64,000 nucleotides of DNA from contig OZ024743.1 of the NCBI GenBank assembly GCA_964016885.1, positions 12,958,001-13,022,000 of the forward strand. The letters run 5' to 3'. Below the pieces are notes generated by a model. It worked only from the letters and a program-made list of their open reading frames with translations, did no database searches and was not told the origin of the DNA. The stretch is from Eledone cirrhosa (Eukaryota). Shown here in pieces: positions 1 through 13,410 of this stretch; position 1 is the stretch's first letter; each line of letters opens with the position of its first letter. Made by a program: the position numbers and the translations under genes.

Positions 1-12
1 TCCGGAGTTATA

Positions 13-257
13 ATAGTGACGAAACATAAGTCAATTGCATGAACTCATAATCCTTTATTTACTGCTATATATATTTCGATGATAGCCTTGGGACAACGCT
101 CTGAAACCATCAACACCAAAAACACAGAGGTGGCATATCTAAGAACTGACTAACTGCCTGATGAGGTCATACCCATTTAATGACTATCATCGAAATATAT
201 ATAGCAGTAAATAAAGGATTATGAGTTCATGCAATTGACTTATGTTTCGTCACTATA
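13..257. repeat. Fold-back inverted repeat (arms about 13-84 and 184-257) of a ribozyme-bearing pLTR-like element
   Basis: atagtgacgaaacataagtcaattgcat...tttcgatgatag is the reverse complement of ctatcatcgaaa...atgcaattgacttatgtttcgtcactat; the right arm recurs at 54207-54261. Confidence 0.9.
153..208 (+). ncRNA. Type I hammerhead ribozyme, atypical (6-nt insertion before GAAA)
   Basis: Stem I actgc/gcagt; CTGATGA 158-164; stem II ggtcat/atgact; extra atcatc; GAAA 192-195; palindromic stem III ATATATAT; UA cleavage after 203. Confidence 0.6.
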
Positions 258-447
258 GATTGCTATCTTGACCTTCACTTTCTTTCTATTGGTCAATTCA
301 AAACCTGTTCCCAAACAGACCTCTTGTATTGAATCTTTGTCTTTTCAATAAACAAATATCATTATTTGTGAAGACAGCATATATATGTGTAGGTATGTAT
401 ATTCCCTCTGATAGGTTGTATAAATATTTTACATAGATCTATAGAAT

Positions 448-2572
448 ATGCATACCCTATTGGATCTAAAAAAATCTAAAAAAATCCATGTCCACTCGGA
501 CAAAACTGGAAATCTGTATCACATGGATATTGAAAATTACAACGAGTTCATATATAAAGAACTCAGGAAGAATTATAGAAAAACAAACAATGCGTCACTT
601 ACCAACATAAACAACAAAACACACAACATAGTGAATAGACTTAATATTGAAGATAGAACTGAACCTTTGGCACTGAAAAGACCACATTTCAACCTGAAAG
701 ATCATAAATGCCCTTCCAAATCTGATATTGGAATCATTAGTAAAACTTTTTTAGATAGAGTCATCCCATAACTAAGAAAACATGTTAATTTACCACTCTG
801 GGAAAACACAGCCCAGGTAATTAACTGGTTTAATAACATTAGAAATAGATCCTCTGCTTCATTTCTACAATTTGATATAGATAATTATTATTCTTCTATA
901 TCACCTATACTCCTGAACAAAGTCTTGATATTTGCTAAAAATAGATCTAACTTAACTTTGGATGACATTAATATTATTACACATGCCAGACTAACACTAT
1001 TGGAATTTCAAAATGAATACTGGACAAGAAACACATATAGTAATCTATTCGATATTACTATGGGCTCAAGTGATTCTGCCCAAATTACGATCTTGTGGGC
1101 CTCTTTCTTCTTTTCAACATAAATGCTTCCTTTCCCCACCATAAAGGTGGTTTATACCGTGACGACTGTCTTCTTCTTTCCAATAACCTTAGCCTTTCAG
1201 AGATAGAAAAAAATAAAAAGCTTATTAGAACTTTCCTTAAAGACTATTATAGTCTAGATATTACATTTGAAAACACAAGTAAAGTAGTTAATTTCCTCGA
1301 TATAATATTAGACTTATCTACGGGTATCTACCAACCTTACCATAAACCTAACCAAAATTTACACTACATACACTCACAATCTAATCACCCTAAATCTATC
1401 CTTAAAGACCTTGCATATAATATATCACTTAGAATTTCTAACCTTTCGTCTAACCAGGATGTATTTGATAAAAATGCGACCTTTTATAACGAAGCTCTAG
1501 CGAGAAGTGGCCACAAAAATAAATTAGTATATATACCTTGTACCAATAACACTACAAACACACAACCTAATATTACCAACAAACACCAAATGAAACATAC
1601 ACACCTAAATGCCACTCACACTATACCCCAAAATACAAACATAAAACCAAATTTCTCTAAGTCTTCTAATATACAATATAGTAACTCTCAAAAAACCACT
1701 CATCCTACAATTCTAATAAATGGTAATAATAAAACTCCTAATAAACAAGCTAAAACACCTAAATCAATAAATCTAACTAAAAATGTGTGTGGTGAAGTCA
1801 TTAACAATAATTCTCTTAATAAACATCAGGATACATCCTATAAAAACAATAAACAACATCGAAACCGTAATAGACGAGTTACTTGGTATAATGCTCCATT
1901 TAATTTACAAATTAAGGATAATATACCTAAAAAATTCTTTAATATCCTAGAGAAGAACTTCCCGCCAAACCACAAATACCATCAAATTTTAAATAGATCA
2001 ACGGTTAAATTCTCCTACTCAACAACGAAAAACATAAAACAAAATATAAGTGCCTACAATGCATATAAATGTAAAAAAAACCATGAGTATACCACCAGTA
2101 CATCAAACTAACCATAATATCTCCTCGGATACAGGATTCAAGAAAAGTTGTAACTGTAGAAACAAGGCAAACTGACCATTAAAAGGAAATTGCCTTGTTA
2201 ATAACATAGTATATAAATGTAAAGTTAACACTAAAGACTCAATTTATTCATATATAGGAGCTACCTGTAACAAATTTAAGGTAAGATTTAATACCCACAA
2301 ACATAGCTTTAAAAATTGCCGCACTAGCTAATACAACATCTCTAGCTGAAATAATTAATAATTATAGAAAGAGGAATATAAATTATGACCTGACCTGGAG
2401 TGTGCTCAAAAGGGCCACCCCTTATCAAAATAATAGATATGAATGTAGATTATGTTCCCAAGAACTCTTTGAAATAATGAAATCTAAGGATATCCTATTA
2501 AATAAGCGACAGGAATTAATAATATCGTGTAATCACAAACTGAGAAAAACCTTTAAATATTATAAACCTAAT
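448..2572 (+). pseudogene. Penelope-like (Naiad) RT + GIY-YIG endonuclease, disrupted by stops and frameshifts
   Basis: SDKTGNLY, FDITMGSSDSAQ, GLYRDD, VNFLDIILDL, YHKPN, SNHP, TWYNAPF, CNCRNKAN*PLKGNCL, IVYKC...YIGAT, CRLC. Confidence 0.93.
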
Positions 2573-2843
2573 TAATATACATCTTAGAAATTAATATATA
2601 AACTGTTTTTAATTTAGTTAACCTATAATTAATATTCTACTACTGACGAACTACATCATTTTACTTTCCTCCTTACAACTATCATTTCCTAAAACTGATA
2701 CCATTAAGTAAACATATAATGTTTTAATTTCAGGTTATGACTCTATGTTCATTGAAATCTCTATATATTTATTATAAATTTAACTCCTCCCCCCAATAAT
2801 TATATCTATGTGTATGTATGTATGTGTGTTTATATATATGTGT

Positions 2844-2899
<56 letters not shown>

Positions 2900-2937
2900 A
2901 TGTGTGTGTATATGTATGTATATACATATATATATAA

Positions 2938-3033
<96 letters not shown>

Positions 3034-3726
3034 TTTGTATTCTTTTAATTTCCCCTCATCTTTAACAGCACTCTTCAACTACATCTAAATCTTATTTATC
3101 ATATCTATATGCATCAGTATAATTTTATCAATATAAATATACCCATCAAATAAATTAATTTATATTCTTTTCATGGATGTATTTTTTTCACTAACACTCT
3201 TATCGTAAAATTTTAGTCTCCTTAAATATTTGCATTGGCATTACTATTTTATAACAGCAACTGTTCGTATACCTTTCACTGACCTGACCTATTTTCACCC
3301 CTAAAAAAACCTTCTCATTCTTCACACTCCATTCAAAACTGAATTCTACCTTCATCTACCCCTAAAATAAACTTCAATTACTACTATTTTACCATTTGGC
3401 CAATTATTAACTTTCTATTGGTTAATTCTAAACCTGTTACCAAACAGACAGACTATATCAAATCTTTGTTGGTTTTATTCAATGAACAAATATAATTATT
3501 TCTGAGATCAGCAAACGACCTATTTTCATCGCTAAAATATTCTTTCATTCACAATATTCTTTTCCATCCAAAACTGAAATCTACCTTCCTCTACCCATAA
3601 ATTAAGGTTCTCTTACTACTAGATTGCTATCTTGACCTTTACTTTCTTTCTATTGGTCAATTCAAAACCTGTTCCCAAACAGACCTATTGTATTGAATCT
3701 TTGTCTTTTCAATAAACAAATATCAT

Positions 3727-3862
3727 TATTTCTGAAGACAGCATATATATGTGTAGGTATGTATATTCCCTCTGATAGTTTGTATAAATATTTTACATAG
3801 ATCTATAGAATATGCATACCAACACTAACACACATATATATCCTAGAAACGATCGTAAAATG
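3727..3862 (+). ncRNA. Type I hammerhead ribozyme with long stem II in the Naiad pLTR
   Basis: tattt/aaatg; CTGAAGA 3732-3738; 15-bp stem II agcatatatatgtgt/acacatatatatcct; GAAA 3846-3849; palindrome ACGATCGT; GUA. Confidence 0.85.
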
Positions 3863-3912
3863 AATTTTTTTAATATAAGGAACTGTTTCTTTGTTTATTC
3901 ATTACTTTATTA

Positions 3913-3987
<75 letters not shown>

Positions 3988-3988
<1 letters not shown>

Positions 3989-5289
3989 GATGGCTGCTGC
4001 AAACTCTGCCAAGAGTATTGCAATCGCTTGTCAGATTCAGATGTGTGACGCTTGGATATGGCTTTTCAAGCCTGCTAGAGACTTGCACTCTTTCACACAC
4101 TGACGACAACTATGGATCTCGCTGGCTTGAGGTCCTGCATCTGGTTGCCCGTGAACCCTCACAACACCGTGGAGATCATAGTTCACCGGTTCTTTTTGAA
4201 CATGGCTGCGATTGTGGCGCCTGAGACCAGATTTGCTCAAGCAAATTTTTCCACACTCAGGGCACTTCAATTAAATGGAGACACCGATCGTTTCGAGAGA
4301 TACACCAGGGCATTGCTTACGCACATCTCGTTTGATCTTCTCGTGCTCTATGCGTCTGTCCTCAAAATTATGGACCCCATCATTCACCATTCCACGCCAA
4401 GTTTCTCTTTTAAGAACTTCTATCTCCCAGTCAGCCATCATCAAACCAGTTTCTTTCAATGAGTCCTTTACACAATTCCCAAGTGTTTTCACATTCCATG
4501 AGACCTCGACAGCTCAGCTCTGACTTTCTCTGTTTTCAGACGAGCCACCTTTAGTTGTTTTAGAAGTGCAACCTTCTTCCCTCTTACTTTGGGCTTCACA
4601 ACAAATTGAAATTTGGCGCGCACCAGACGATGATAAGTTCAACATTCCGCGCCTCGCAATACACGAACCAATGTGATATCCCTGATATCACGTTTTCTCG
4701 TTAAAACAAAGTCAATAAGATGCCACTTCTTGGAACCTGGATGCATCCAAGTTGTCTTATATTTATCTTTCTGCTGAAAGAACGTGTTCCCAACAACAAG
4801 ATCCATCTAAGTGCGGCATCTGCAACAGAAGTAGGCCATTGTTATTGCACTTACCTACTCCATACTTGCCCATCACACTTCAAGCTTCCCAGTCATTACC
4901 AACACGTGCATTAAAATAACCAAGGATGACAATCTTATCTGCATAAGGTATACCATGGATGACCTCTCTCAAAGACATGTAGAAACTTAGTTTTTCTGGT
5001 ACAAACACTACACTTGTGACAATTATTGACACATAGTGCTGGGCCCATGGTACCATGTGATGACAAGTGCAGAGAGATCTCTAGATATAAAGCAATGCCT
5101 GTGCCGTGAAGTTTTTATAGCGAGCAAAGGCACTGCACAAAGACAGTCCCTCTCTCTCAACCAAGATGATATTTACCAAAAAGAAGAACAAGTCAACATC
5201 ATTGGATACCATCAGGGTTGCAGGTGTTATATCAGAGTTTTCCTTCTCCTAGAATTCTGCCTTGACAAAGGCTAAGGAGTCATCTCTCC

Positions 5290-5290
<1 letters not shown>
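3988..5290 (-). pseudogene. RTE-clade LINE remnant (AP-endonuclease piece plus C-terminal zinc fingers), internally deleted
   Basis: CPECGKICLSKSGLRRHNRSH and CRQCVKECKSLAGLKSH; WRGMVNDGVHNFE; IVILGYFNARVG-like endonuclease motif near 4900. Confidence 0.8.
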
Positions 5291-5356
<66 letters not shown>

Positions 5357-5357
<1 letters not shown>

Positions 5358-5759
5358 CTAGACCTGAAAAATGGGCAAGCTCAAAAGAGCCACAGTATGT
5401 TATAATAAACCTTCAAAAGTGTGGGACTAGAGTTGTTGCTAAAAATATTTTAATCATTATCTATCGTACACTCTGTGGCATCCTTTTATAAAAAAGAGTC
5501 TCATAACGAACTCAAGACGCCACGATAATTATTTAAGCTAATGTTCAATATCTCAAATTAGATGTTTAGTAATGATTAATACGAAATGCACTTAAACCGG
5601 ATTCTATATTATAAATTCACTTAAATATAAAAGGATGCCACAGAGTGTCTGAGAGATAATGATTACAATATTTTTGAGTAACAACTCCAGTCCCACACTA
5701 TTGAAGGTTTATTATAACATTCTGTAGCTCTTTTGAAGTACGCATTTTTCAGGTCTAGT
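5357..5759. repeat. Diverged inverted repeat (about 133-bp arms) next to (TA)n
   Basis: actagacctgaaaaatg...tggcatccttttata versus tataaaaggatgcca...catttttcaggtctagt. Confidence 0.85.
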
Positions 5760-6527
5760 TCAATATTTTTTAAGGCAACGCTTGTAATAACTCTAGTTAA
5801 ACATGATATATATTAATAATAAATTATCGTTGTAATGTAATTAGATTATATAATTGTTATTTTATAAATGATCTTATAAATATTATTGTAAGATGTATAA
5901 ACATATTTTCAGACTTTTAATAAAAACAACTACAAAAACAATCAATATTAAATAAATATATTTTACATAATAATTGTTATAGTTGAATTAATAAAAATTA
6001 AATATTACATACAAATAGTCTAACATAATAATAAAAAATAATCTAACATAATAATAATAAAATAATCTAACATAAAACGAACAATAATATGGACAAATAT
6101 ACAAGTAAATATGATATGCCAATATTATAAGCATGTTATAACTAACTGAAAAAAAAATAGTTAATATAGATTTAAAAAATCATATATAAATTAACAATAT
6201 AACTTACCAAAACGAGAAAAATATTTTAATGATAAACGACGAAATACAGGAGGAAGATTCGAAAGCGAAACGATAAATAAACGTGCAAACAAAATGGCGG
6301 ATGCTTTTGAGCAACAATTACTCTCGTTGGTTGATTAGCCAATAAGACGATGAAATTAGCCAATAAGACGATACATTACAAAACATGTTTGGCAGCGATC
6401 ACCACGGCCAGCGACACCCGTTGAATTTTTTTATTCACAAGCTAGCATATATGTTAGACACGCAGACATTCTGTTGTTAGTCACTGCGTGTCTAACACAC
6501 ACACATATATATATATATAGAGAGAGA

Positions 6528-6727
6528 GATAACAAAGGAATTGTGGTAAGGAACCAGATGGACCATAACGTACCAGAGTATGCAATACGTAGGATAGTAG
6601 AGTGGGAAATAGGAAAAAGTATGACCCCGACGGCAGAGCTCAAGCCTTTTCGACGGCTATTTCTGTTCTCCAGAAATAGCCATCGAAACGGCTTGAGCTC
6701 TGCCGTCGGGGTCATACTTTTTCCTAT
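6528..6727 (-). mobile_element. Family B fold-back element carrying the 3' half of a hammerhead (other copies 8740-8940, 42301-42433, 60217-60358)
   Basis: Palindrome 6609-6726 containing GAAA-CGGC-loop-GCCG-TC (stem III + GUC site); shared tail tggtaaggaaccag...gaccataacg. Confidence 0.8.
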
Positions 6728-6730
6728 ATA

Positions 6731-7290
6731 CATCTGTATACATATGTCGGTAGATATATTAATTCTTTATAATTATCTCCAAATTATTTGTTGAGCAAAA
6801 TTTGCCGAAATTACCACTCTGATTAATAGTAGTGGCTAGGCTCTGTCTTAATAGCACCCCCACTCCTAGCTGATTAACCTCAGTGTCACGTGATTGATTC
6901 TTTTGAATTTGCCACTTGACCAAGTAGGCAGTGAATTTTTCAATGTCCTGGAATCTAGCCCCGCTCGCTTTTTTCCATCCACTGAATTATTTTTATATAA
7001 GTTCCCAGTGTCCCCGCATTGCCTGGAAGCTTAGTTGAGAATAGACTCCCTGATGACGTAAGGCTTCTCTATGGGTACACTCCGTAACCATATTTATCCC
7101 CCTTACAGAAACTAATTAGTTGGAGTGAAATTTTTGTAAGTAAGTCAATTTTCATAACTTTCTTATTTACGTCTTTCATATAATTGTTCTGCATCCCCTT
7201 GCATAGAACCACAAAGTTATTAAGACAAAACATATATATCTGCTAGCATAGGTATGCATCTGTATACATATGTCGGTAGATATATTAATT

Positions 7291-7297
<7 letters not shown>
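6731..7297 (+). mobile_element. Retrozyme-like unit J: 526-nt period, 41-bp terminal redundancy, one hammerhead
   Basis: catctgtatacatatgtcggtagatatattaattctttata at both 6731 and 7257; followed by (TA)n. Confidence 0.85.
7045..7126 (+). ncRNA. Type I hammerhead ribozyme
   Basis: actcc/ggagt; CTGATGA 7050-7056; stem II gtaagg/ccttac; GAAA 7108-7111; palindrome ACTAATTAGT; GUU. Confidence 0.88.
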
Positions 7298-7366
<69 letters not shown>

Positions 7367-7396
7367 GTGTGTGTGTGTGTGTGTGTGTGTGTATGG

Positions 7397-7467
<71 letters not shown>

Positions 7468-7561
7468 GTGCGACGTTACTAGCTAATCATAACAATACAT
7501 GCGAGTTCATTTTTCAACTCTAACTCCCAGTGGATAATAATTATTTTGCAGTACTAAAAGA

Positions 7562-7663
7562 CATGCTGATGATGACCATTGTCTTACATTTACTGATTAT
7601 CTGGTTTATTTTAATTATGGTAATTGGTATAGTTTTTCTTTTGTTTGGAAACTGCAGTATAAG
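7562..7663 (+). ncRNA. Decayed hammerhead in a pLTR-like unit (about 7466-7888; its end recurs inverted at 8224-8265)
   Basis: CTGATGA 7566-7572; GAAA-CTGCAG-TA 7648-7659 with palindromic stem III; stems I and II imperfect. Confidence 0.5.
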
Positions 7664-7883
7664 CAAGAATTTAATTGTAATGTCAGTGAGTGAAAAGTTT
7701 TGTCTTAGTCAATTACCTGGTTCGTTATATTACAAAATTTAATTATTGTTGTTTCTATAATAACATTGTATGGGTATGTTCTGAATAATTATATTTTTGC
7801 AAATAATAGTTAATGAACTTTTATGGTGCAAGTAAATCGAGATAAATAACAGGAGGCATGTTCTGGTGTAAATCCATGAAAGG

Positions 7884-7980
<97 letters not shown>

Positions 7981-8155
7981 ACTAGAAATTGATTAACATA
8001 TAAATATACACGAATAATCATATAAATATACATGAATAATGCTCAGATTTATCTTAGAGCTTAATTTCCAGGATATATGGCGCATGCCTTATGACATTAC
8101 ACCCACAATTTCGATTTAGATTAAATACATTTAATTTAATTTATCTTAATTTTGG

Positions 8156-8228
<73 letters not shown>

Positions 8229-8417
8229 TTTCAAGGATTTACACCAGAACATGCCTCCTGTTATTTTGTAATAATTAACTCCGTACTCGCACCACCAACT
8301 ACACAAACGAAGACGGGTGGTTGCATTACGTTGAGTGCTTTCCATAACATTTCATCGTGGCTGACCACACAGAATGACCAGCTCTATCCAGTGGCGAACC
8401 AGCAAACCTAAATAAAC

Positions 8418-8488
<71 letters not shown>

Positions 8489-8492
<4 letters not shown>

Positions 8493-8691
8493 AGAAAAAC
8501 CATATACCCTCTATCTCAACTCTACTTTTGAAAAGCAGAAGAACTGCGAAACCGGTAAAGGAACCAAATAAATATATATATATTTTTAAAAATAAGACTC
8601 CAGTTGCATTTTCGATTTCATCTTTTTTTCTTTATACTTTCACTCGTGTAGGACACCTCGGTTATTTTTCATTTTGTAGAAAAACCTCACT

Positions 8692-8694
<3 letters not shown>
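8489..8694 (+). mobile_element. Family C element with a U3-A8 hammerhead at 8525-8560
   Basis: ctt-TTGAAAA-gcag aagaa ctgc-GAAA-ccgg-TA-aag; homologous to 36631-36975; flanked by (GA)n/(TA)n. Confidence 0.75.
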
Positions 8695-8739
<45 letters not shown>

Positions 8740-8741
<2 letters not shown>

Positions 8742-8940
8742 CAAAGTGTGGTAAGGAACCAGGTGGACTATAACGCACCAGAGTACTCAATACTAGTGGG
8801 TAATAGGAAAATGTTGAAGACTCCGACGGCAGAGCTCAAGCCGTTTCGACGGCTATTTCTGGACTAAATTAGATATATTTCAGAAATAGCCGTTGAAACG
8901 GCTTGAGTTCTGCCGTCGGGGTCTTGAACATTTTCCTATT
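8740..8940 (-). mobile_element. Family B fold-back element
   Basis: Palindrome 8802-8940 with apex in the putative stem II; GAAACGGC...GCCGTC; between (TA)n tracts. Confidence 0.8.
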
Positions 8941-9115
8941 ATATATATATATATATATATATATATCCAGGGACTGTAACGCGGAGTTACTGTAGGTTCA
9001 CCCGGGTGAGCATTCGATGTTTAGGTTCACTTCTGTATCGAGGTGTAGATCTAGACAGAGTGTAGTATAATAAAATAAAACAAGGACGAGTGGTTACTCC
9101 TTACGTTTATTGGTT

Positions 9116-9200
9116 GGTGACGCGCGTTTCGCCACCGATCAGCTCAAGGTTCGATCTGTATCGATCTAACCCGACTCTGTAATCCGTGGATCGTCAGACC
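9116..9200 (-). ncRNA. Type I hammerhead of a Penelope pLTR (pLTR about 8968-9280, with inverted copy 9222-9279)
   Basis: Minus strand: ggt-CTGACGA-t ccac...gtgg c-GAAA-CGCGCG-TC-acc; lies next to a Penelope RT fragment. Confidence 0.85.
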
Positions 9201-9289
9201 CTTTTAGTGGTAATAAAAAAAAGCTGATCGGTGGCGAAACGCGCGTCACCAACCATTAAACGTAATGAAGGAGTAACCATATATATATA

Positions 9290-9918
9290 TCGGCTTGGAT
9301 CAGAGTAGGTGGACATTCACGTCTAATGAAAAGTATGGCCATGTAATGGGACTGAACCTCACAATCATGGGTTTGACTATACAGGCGGCGTAGACTGGGA
9401 ATAGGGAATAGGGATGGAGTGTTTTGAGAGGGTGGCGTGTGAGGAGGAGAAGGCGTGGGAATCCGAAGGCTTGAAGTAGTCGGAGGTGACTAGGGTGCAA
9501 TTGGTGGGGTCAATGGTTACAGAGATGTCTAGGAAATTGACAGAAGAAGTGGAGATAGAGGTGGTGAACTCGAGGGTGGGGTGGAAAGTGTAAAGAAAGG
9601 ACAAAAAGGAGTCGAGCTGGGGGTTCGGGTGAGAGACGTGGCGCCAAAACAGTCTTCAATAGAGCGACCGTACAGCGCAGGGGTTGGGCCAATGTATTGT
9701 GAAAAGATCTGAGCCTAAACGTAGCCAACAAATAAGTTGGCTTAGCTAGGGCCCAATCCTGTACCTATGGCCACCCTCATCTTCTGTCGGTCAATCTCAC
9801 CCGAGAAGGAGAAACAGTTGAGTTAGAGGACGAACTCGGCTAAGCGAATAAAAGAATAAGGGTAGAGGTGGAAGGTACAGGGGAGGGGCAAAGGTTAAGG
9901 AAGTGTTGTAGTGCTAGG
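9290..9918 (-). pseudogene. Penelope-like RT fragment (non-Naiad type)
   Basis: VAIGTGLGPS*ANLF, FHPTLEFT, VNFLDISV, YFKPSDSH, SIP-YSQ motifs. Confidence 0.85.
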
Positions 9919-10229
9919 ATATATATATATATATTAATAATTAAGGTGTTCGCTCCAACATAGCTGTATCCATATAAGCATGTGTATTTTGTATATCAAA
10001 TGGTATATGGTATGTTTACGAATAAACATTTCAAAGCCTTTAGGTATGACTTTTGGAAGCTGATGCCTGGGCGCTATCTAGCTAGTTCCAGCAAAAGCAA
10101 AGGGAGGATTACCGGGGGCCCTTTCTAACTGATGGTCGTTTTCAAGGCAATGCTCCCTTTACCTTGTTTTCTGATGGAATTCAATGGCGACGAAAATATA
10201 TAGTTTTTGAACATTTCATCAAATATTCG

Positions 10230-10815
10230 TCTAGTTTACTTTCTGCCATATTAATACAATCTTCAATAAATATTAACCCCTCCTTGTTTCCTTACTAATC
10301 TATCCTCACTGTCTCTCGGATGAAATGTTCTTCATATCTTCATAGTCCTACTTATCTTTCTATCAATCTCTTTGAGTTGTTCTCTTTACCAATTAAAGAA
10401 TGCAGCGGAGTACCACAATAAGATAATGCACAGGTGTTATTGATATGATACTTTTCCTCCATTAAGTTTAGAAATTAATAGTTTATTTACTCCGAAATAT
10501 ACTTTTGTGACATTTCCTTTTATCTCTTCACGTAGTATTTTATCCGCCTTTAAAACACGCAGGTACTTGTAACTTTCATCTTCTCTCATCTCTTTGATCG
10601 CTGTAAAATCATGTAGCTCTATATCTTCAGATGTTGTCATTTTTTCTCACTTAATTACTATCATTGCACGTTTATTCATTTTAAATTGAATTTCTATATC
10701 ATTGCTCACTTTTCGTATTGGTTGGACCAATGAGTCTAGCACCTTCTCACTTTTAGCAAATAGTTTCAAATCATAACATAAAAGGCAAGTGATTTATTAA
10801 CCTTTTATCGCTTGG
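10230..10815 (-). pseudogene. Non-LTR RT fragment, R4/Dong-like
   Basis: RLINHLPFM, ESYKYLRVL, KLLISKLNGGK. Confidence 0.6.
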
Positions 10816-10829
10816 TATTTCCCTAGAGT

Positions 10830-11790
10830 GGTACCGATCCACGTCGTCGGCATATGCTGACACCGATCCCTCACATCCTTGTTCGTGTGGGAAGCCTCTC
10901 AGCGTCTCCAGTATATGTAGTAGTGGCTCGAATGTCAATACTACAGCAATGATAAGAGGGGACAACTTTGGCAGTCAGAGCACATGATGTTGAACGGTTC
11001 CGAGAGTAGGCTGTTCACTCTGACCACTGAGCAGATATCGCTGTGCATTGCAGCTTTCAATTGACTGAAAACAGGCCCGAAGTCGGCTACCTTGAAGACT
11101 GCCGCCAGGTACCGATGATTGACATTAACGAAAGCTTTCGATTGATCTAAGTTGATCAGGGCCCCACCCGTGTCAGATTCCTGAGCCCCACTCTCTATGA
11201 TATATCACATGATTTGGAGGTTGTCGTGGATGGAGCTAACCGGAATCACACCTGGTCGCACCTTCCCTACCAGACCACAGTGACCAGCGCCAACCTCGTT
11301 ATACTTTGGCCAACATTTTAAACTTTGCATTTAGCAGAGTTGTGGGCCTAAAATTATCATTATTGTCCCCTTGTTGTGTCCTTTCTCAACAACATCGCTG
11401 TCCCTATGCTCACGAAACTGGGAATACTCCCTTTCTGTTGCCAGTTGGCGTAGATGTCAACCAACATGTCACCGAACAAGTATGGCATGTTTGCGTAAAG
11501 CTCGTAGGGCAGTCCATCAAAACCAGCACATATCTGCTTGTAATCGAGTACCAGGCGACCGCCATGGTCCACTAATGACTGGATTGTGGCTTTGCTGCAG
11601 TTCCGTGCCTCTGCCACTATGGCCCATCAAACGGCTTTTGTCTCCTCCTCGTGTCCAAGAGCACGTACCCCAGCTCTGACAACGTAGCCTTCGTTCTTCT
11701 CCTTGAAGAATTGCTCGAGCGCCAGCCTCGCTGCTAGCACCTCCGTTGCAATGCCATTTTAACTAGCTCCCCCTCTAGTCTAATTTCTCT
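10830..11790 (-). pseudogene. Tx1/L1-like LINE RT fragment
   Basis: GFDGLPYELY, LINLDQSKAF, SAYADDV; same family type as 32604-34290. Confidence 0.8.
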
Positions 11791-12996
11791 ATCACTACTG
11801 CTTACTAAACCTTATCTATTCTATTCAAATTAATAATAATAAGTACAGCAATAATAATAATATTTATTAAAGAGTATTTGATCTGGAAAGGAAGAACAAT
11901 TATATATGTATATTTTTCTCTCTGGGTCACTTTTCCCAGCGAAGTACTTTCTTTTCTTTGGGAAGCACACCCACCCACGCATCCACACACACACCTACAC
12001 ATCCACAAACACACACACGCACACACACGCACGCACACGCACACGCGCACACACACACACACACACACATACATACACATAGATCTATGTGGGTGTATTT
12101 TCGTGTTGTAGTTTATGAGAGTGGTCGATAAATTTCATATAAAAATTAGAGCGTAATCAATGCAAATGAATAGAATAGCAAATACCGAAATGCATATTGT
12201 AATAAATATTTATTATTATTCCAGATGTAAGTTTACGTTTCATACCTCCTGCAGGGCAAATGATATACATCGTGATATGTTTGCTGTGTTATATATTCAC
12301 TAGAATACGCTACAATTATTGTAAACGGAAATGAATCGAAACAAAACGAATTGAAACGGAGCGGATATACATTTACACTAAAATAATAATACTTTGTATG
12401 TAAACTACACCCGGAGCAGTCACCTGGCACTAGATTTAAGATTTAAAACCATTTCAAATTCATATAGAATGTTATATAAATAAATATTTCACAAAATACA
12501 TCATTATGTATATTCATGTTTGACTTAACGAGAGAGCTCTCTCAATTTAGAGCATAAATAATGTAAAGAATGAGATATGAAAATAGAAATCATCAACTAC
12601 ATATATAAATATATAAATTACTTTATATAAATGATATAAACTAAAATGTTATTGCTTTTTTCATTACTTTATAATACACACACGCATACACTAACGAACA
12701 CACACACACACACATGCATACATAATACATACATGCATACGCACATACACGCACATAAATGATATAGACATATACATATATGACAAGAAACCAAGAAATA
12801 CACGTTAAATCTAAAATGAAGTTGAGGGTTTGGAGTGTCTTTAAATGGACATAGTGTCTCTTCCCAGTTGTAATTGTGATGTGACAGCAAAGCACCCCCC
12901 AAAACTGTTTACATCATTTTACATATTGCTTATACATATACTTACGTGCATCCATGTGTTGATGCGGGTGAATATATATATATATATATATATATC

Positions 12997-13355
12997 AACT
13001 AGAAATTGATTGACATATATATATGTATAATAAACTTATGAAACAATCACAGCGAATAATTTGTAAAGTGTGTAAGCACACACAGCTAGGTAGGTAACTA
13101 ATTAAAGTTCAACTAGAACTTGTATATTTGAAGTTCTAGTTAAACTTTAATTAGTCACCTACCTAGCTGTGTGTGCTTACACACTTTACAAATTATTCCA
13201 TGTGATTTTTTCATATGTTTATTTTATATATATATATATGTCAATCAATTTCTAGTTGATATAAAATGCTCGGATTTATTCATTGGAATCTTTGAGCATA
13301 TTCTGCAGTGGATATGGCGCATGTCTCTCAGACATGACACCCTTAATTTAATTTT
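12997..13355. mobile_element. Family F fold-back copy (palindrome 12997-13257); a smaller fragment lies at 7978-8158
   Basis: aactagaaattgatt...aactagaactt / aagttctagtt...aatcaatttctagtt; homologous to 37051-37938. Confidence 0.8.
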
Positions 13356-13410
13356 GTATATATATATATATCAAAGGATATATCTGTGTTCGTTTTTCTT
13401 TTATATTCAA

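Larger units (their letters stand above)
258..3910 (+). mobile_element. 5'-truncated Naiad-type Penelope-like retroelement with 3' pLTR; 258-455 duplicates the pLTR segment 3620-3820
   Basis: RT and GIY-YIG remnants at 448-2570; near-identical segment at both ends; hammerhead in the 3' pLTR; ends in (TA)n. Confidence 0.85.

Noticed and set aside
5532-5596. Possible hammerhead in the spacer of the 5357 inverted repeat (tttaag-ctaatgt...gaaa tgca cttaaa)
   Set aside because: Core has two mismatches and no UH site; could be chance in AT-rich DNA
6291-6372. AAAATGGCGG plus duplicated attagccaataagacga (YY1/CCAAT-like)
   Set aside because: No associated gene; such motifs are common inside transposon remnants
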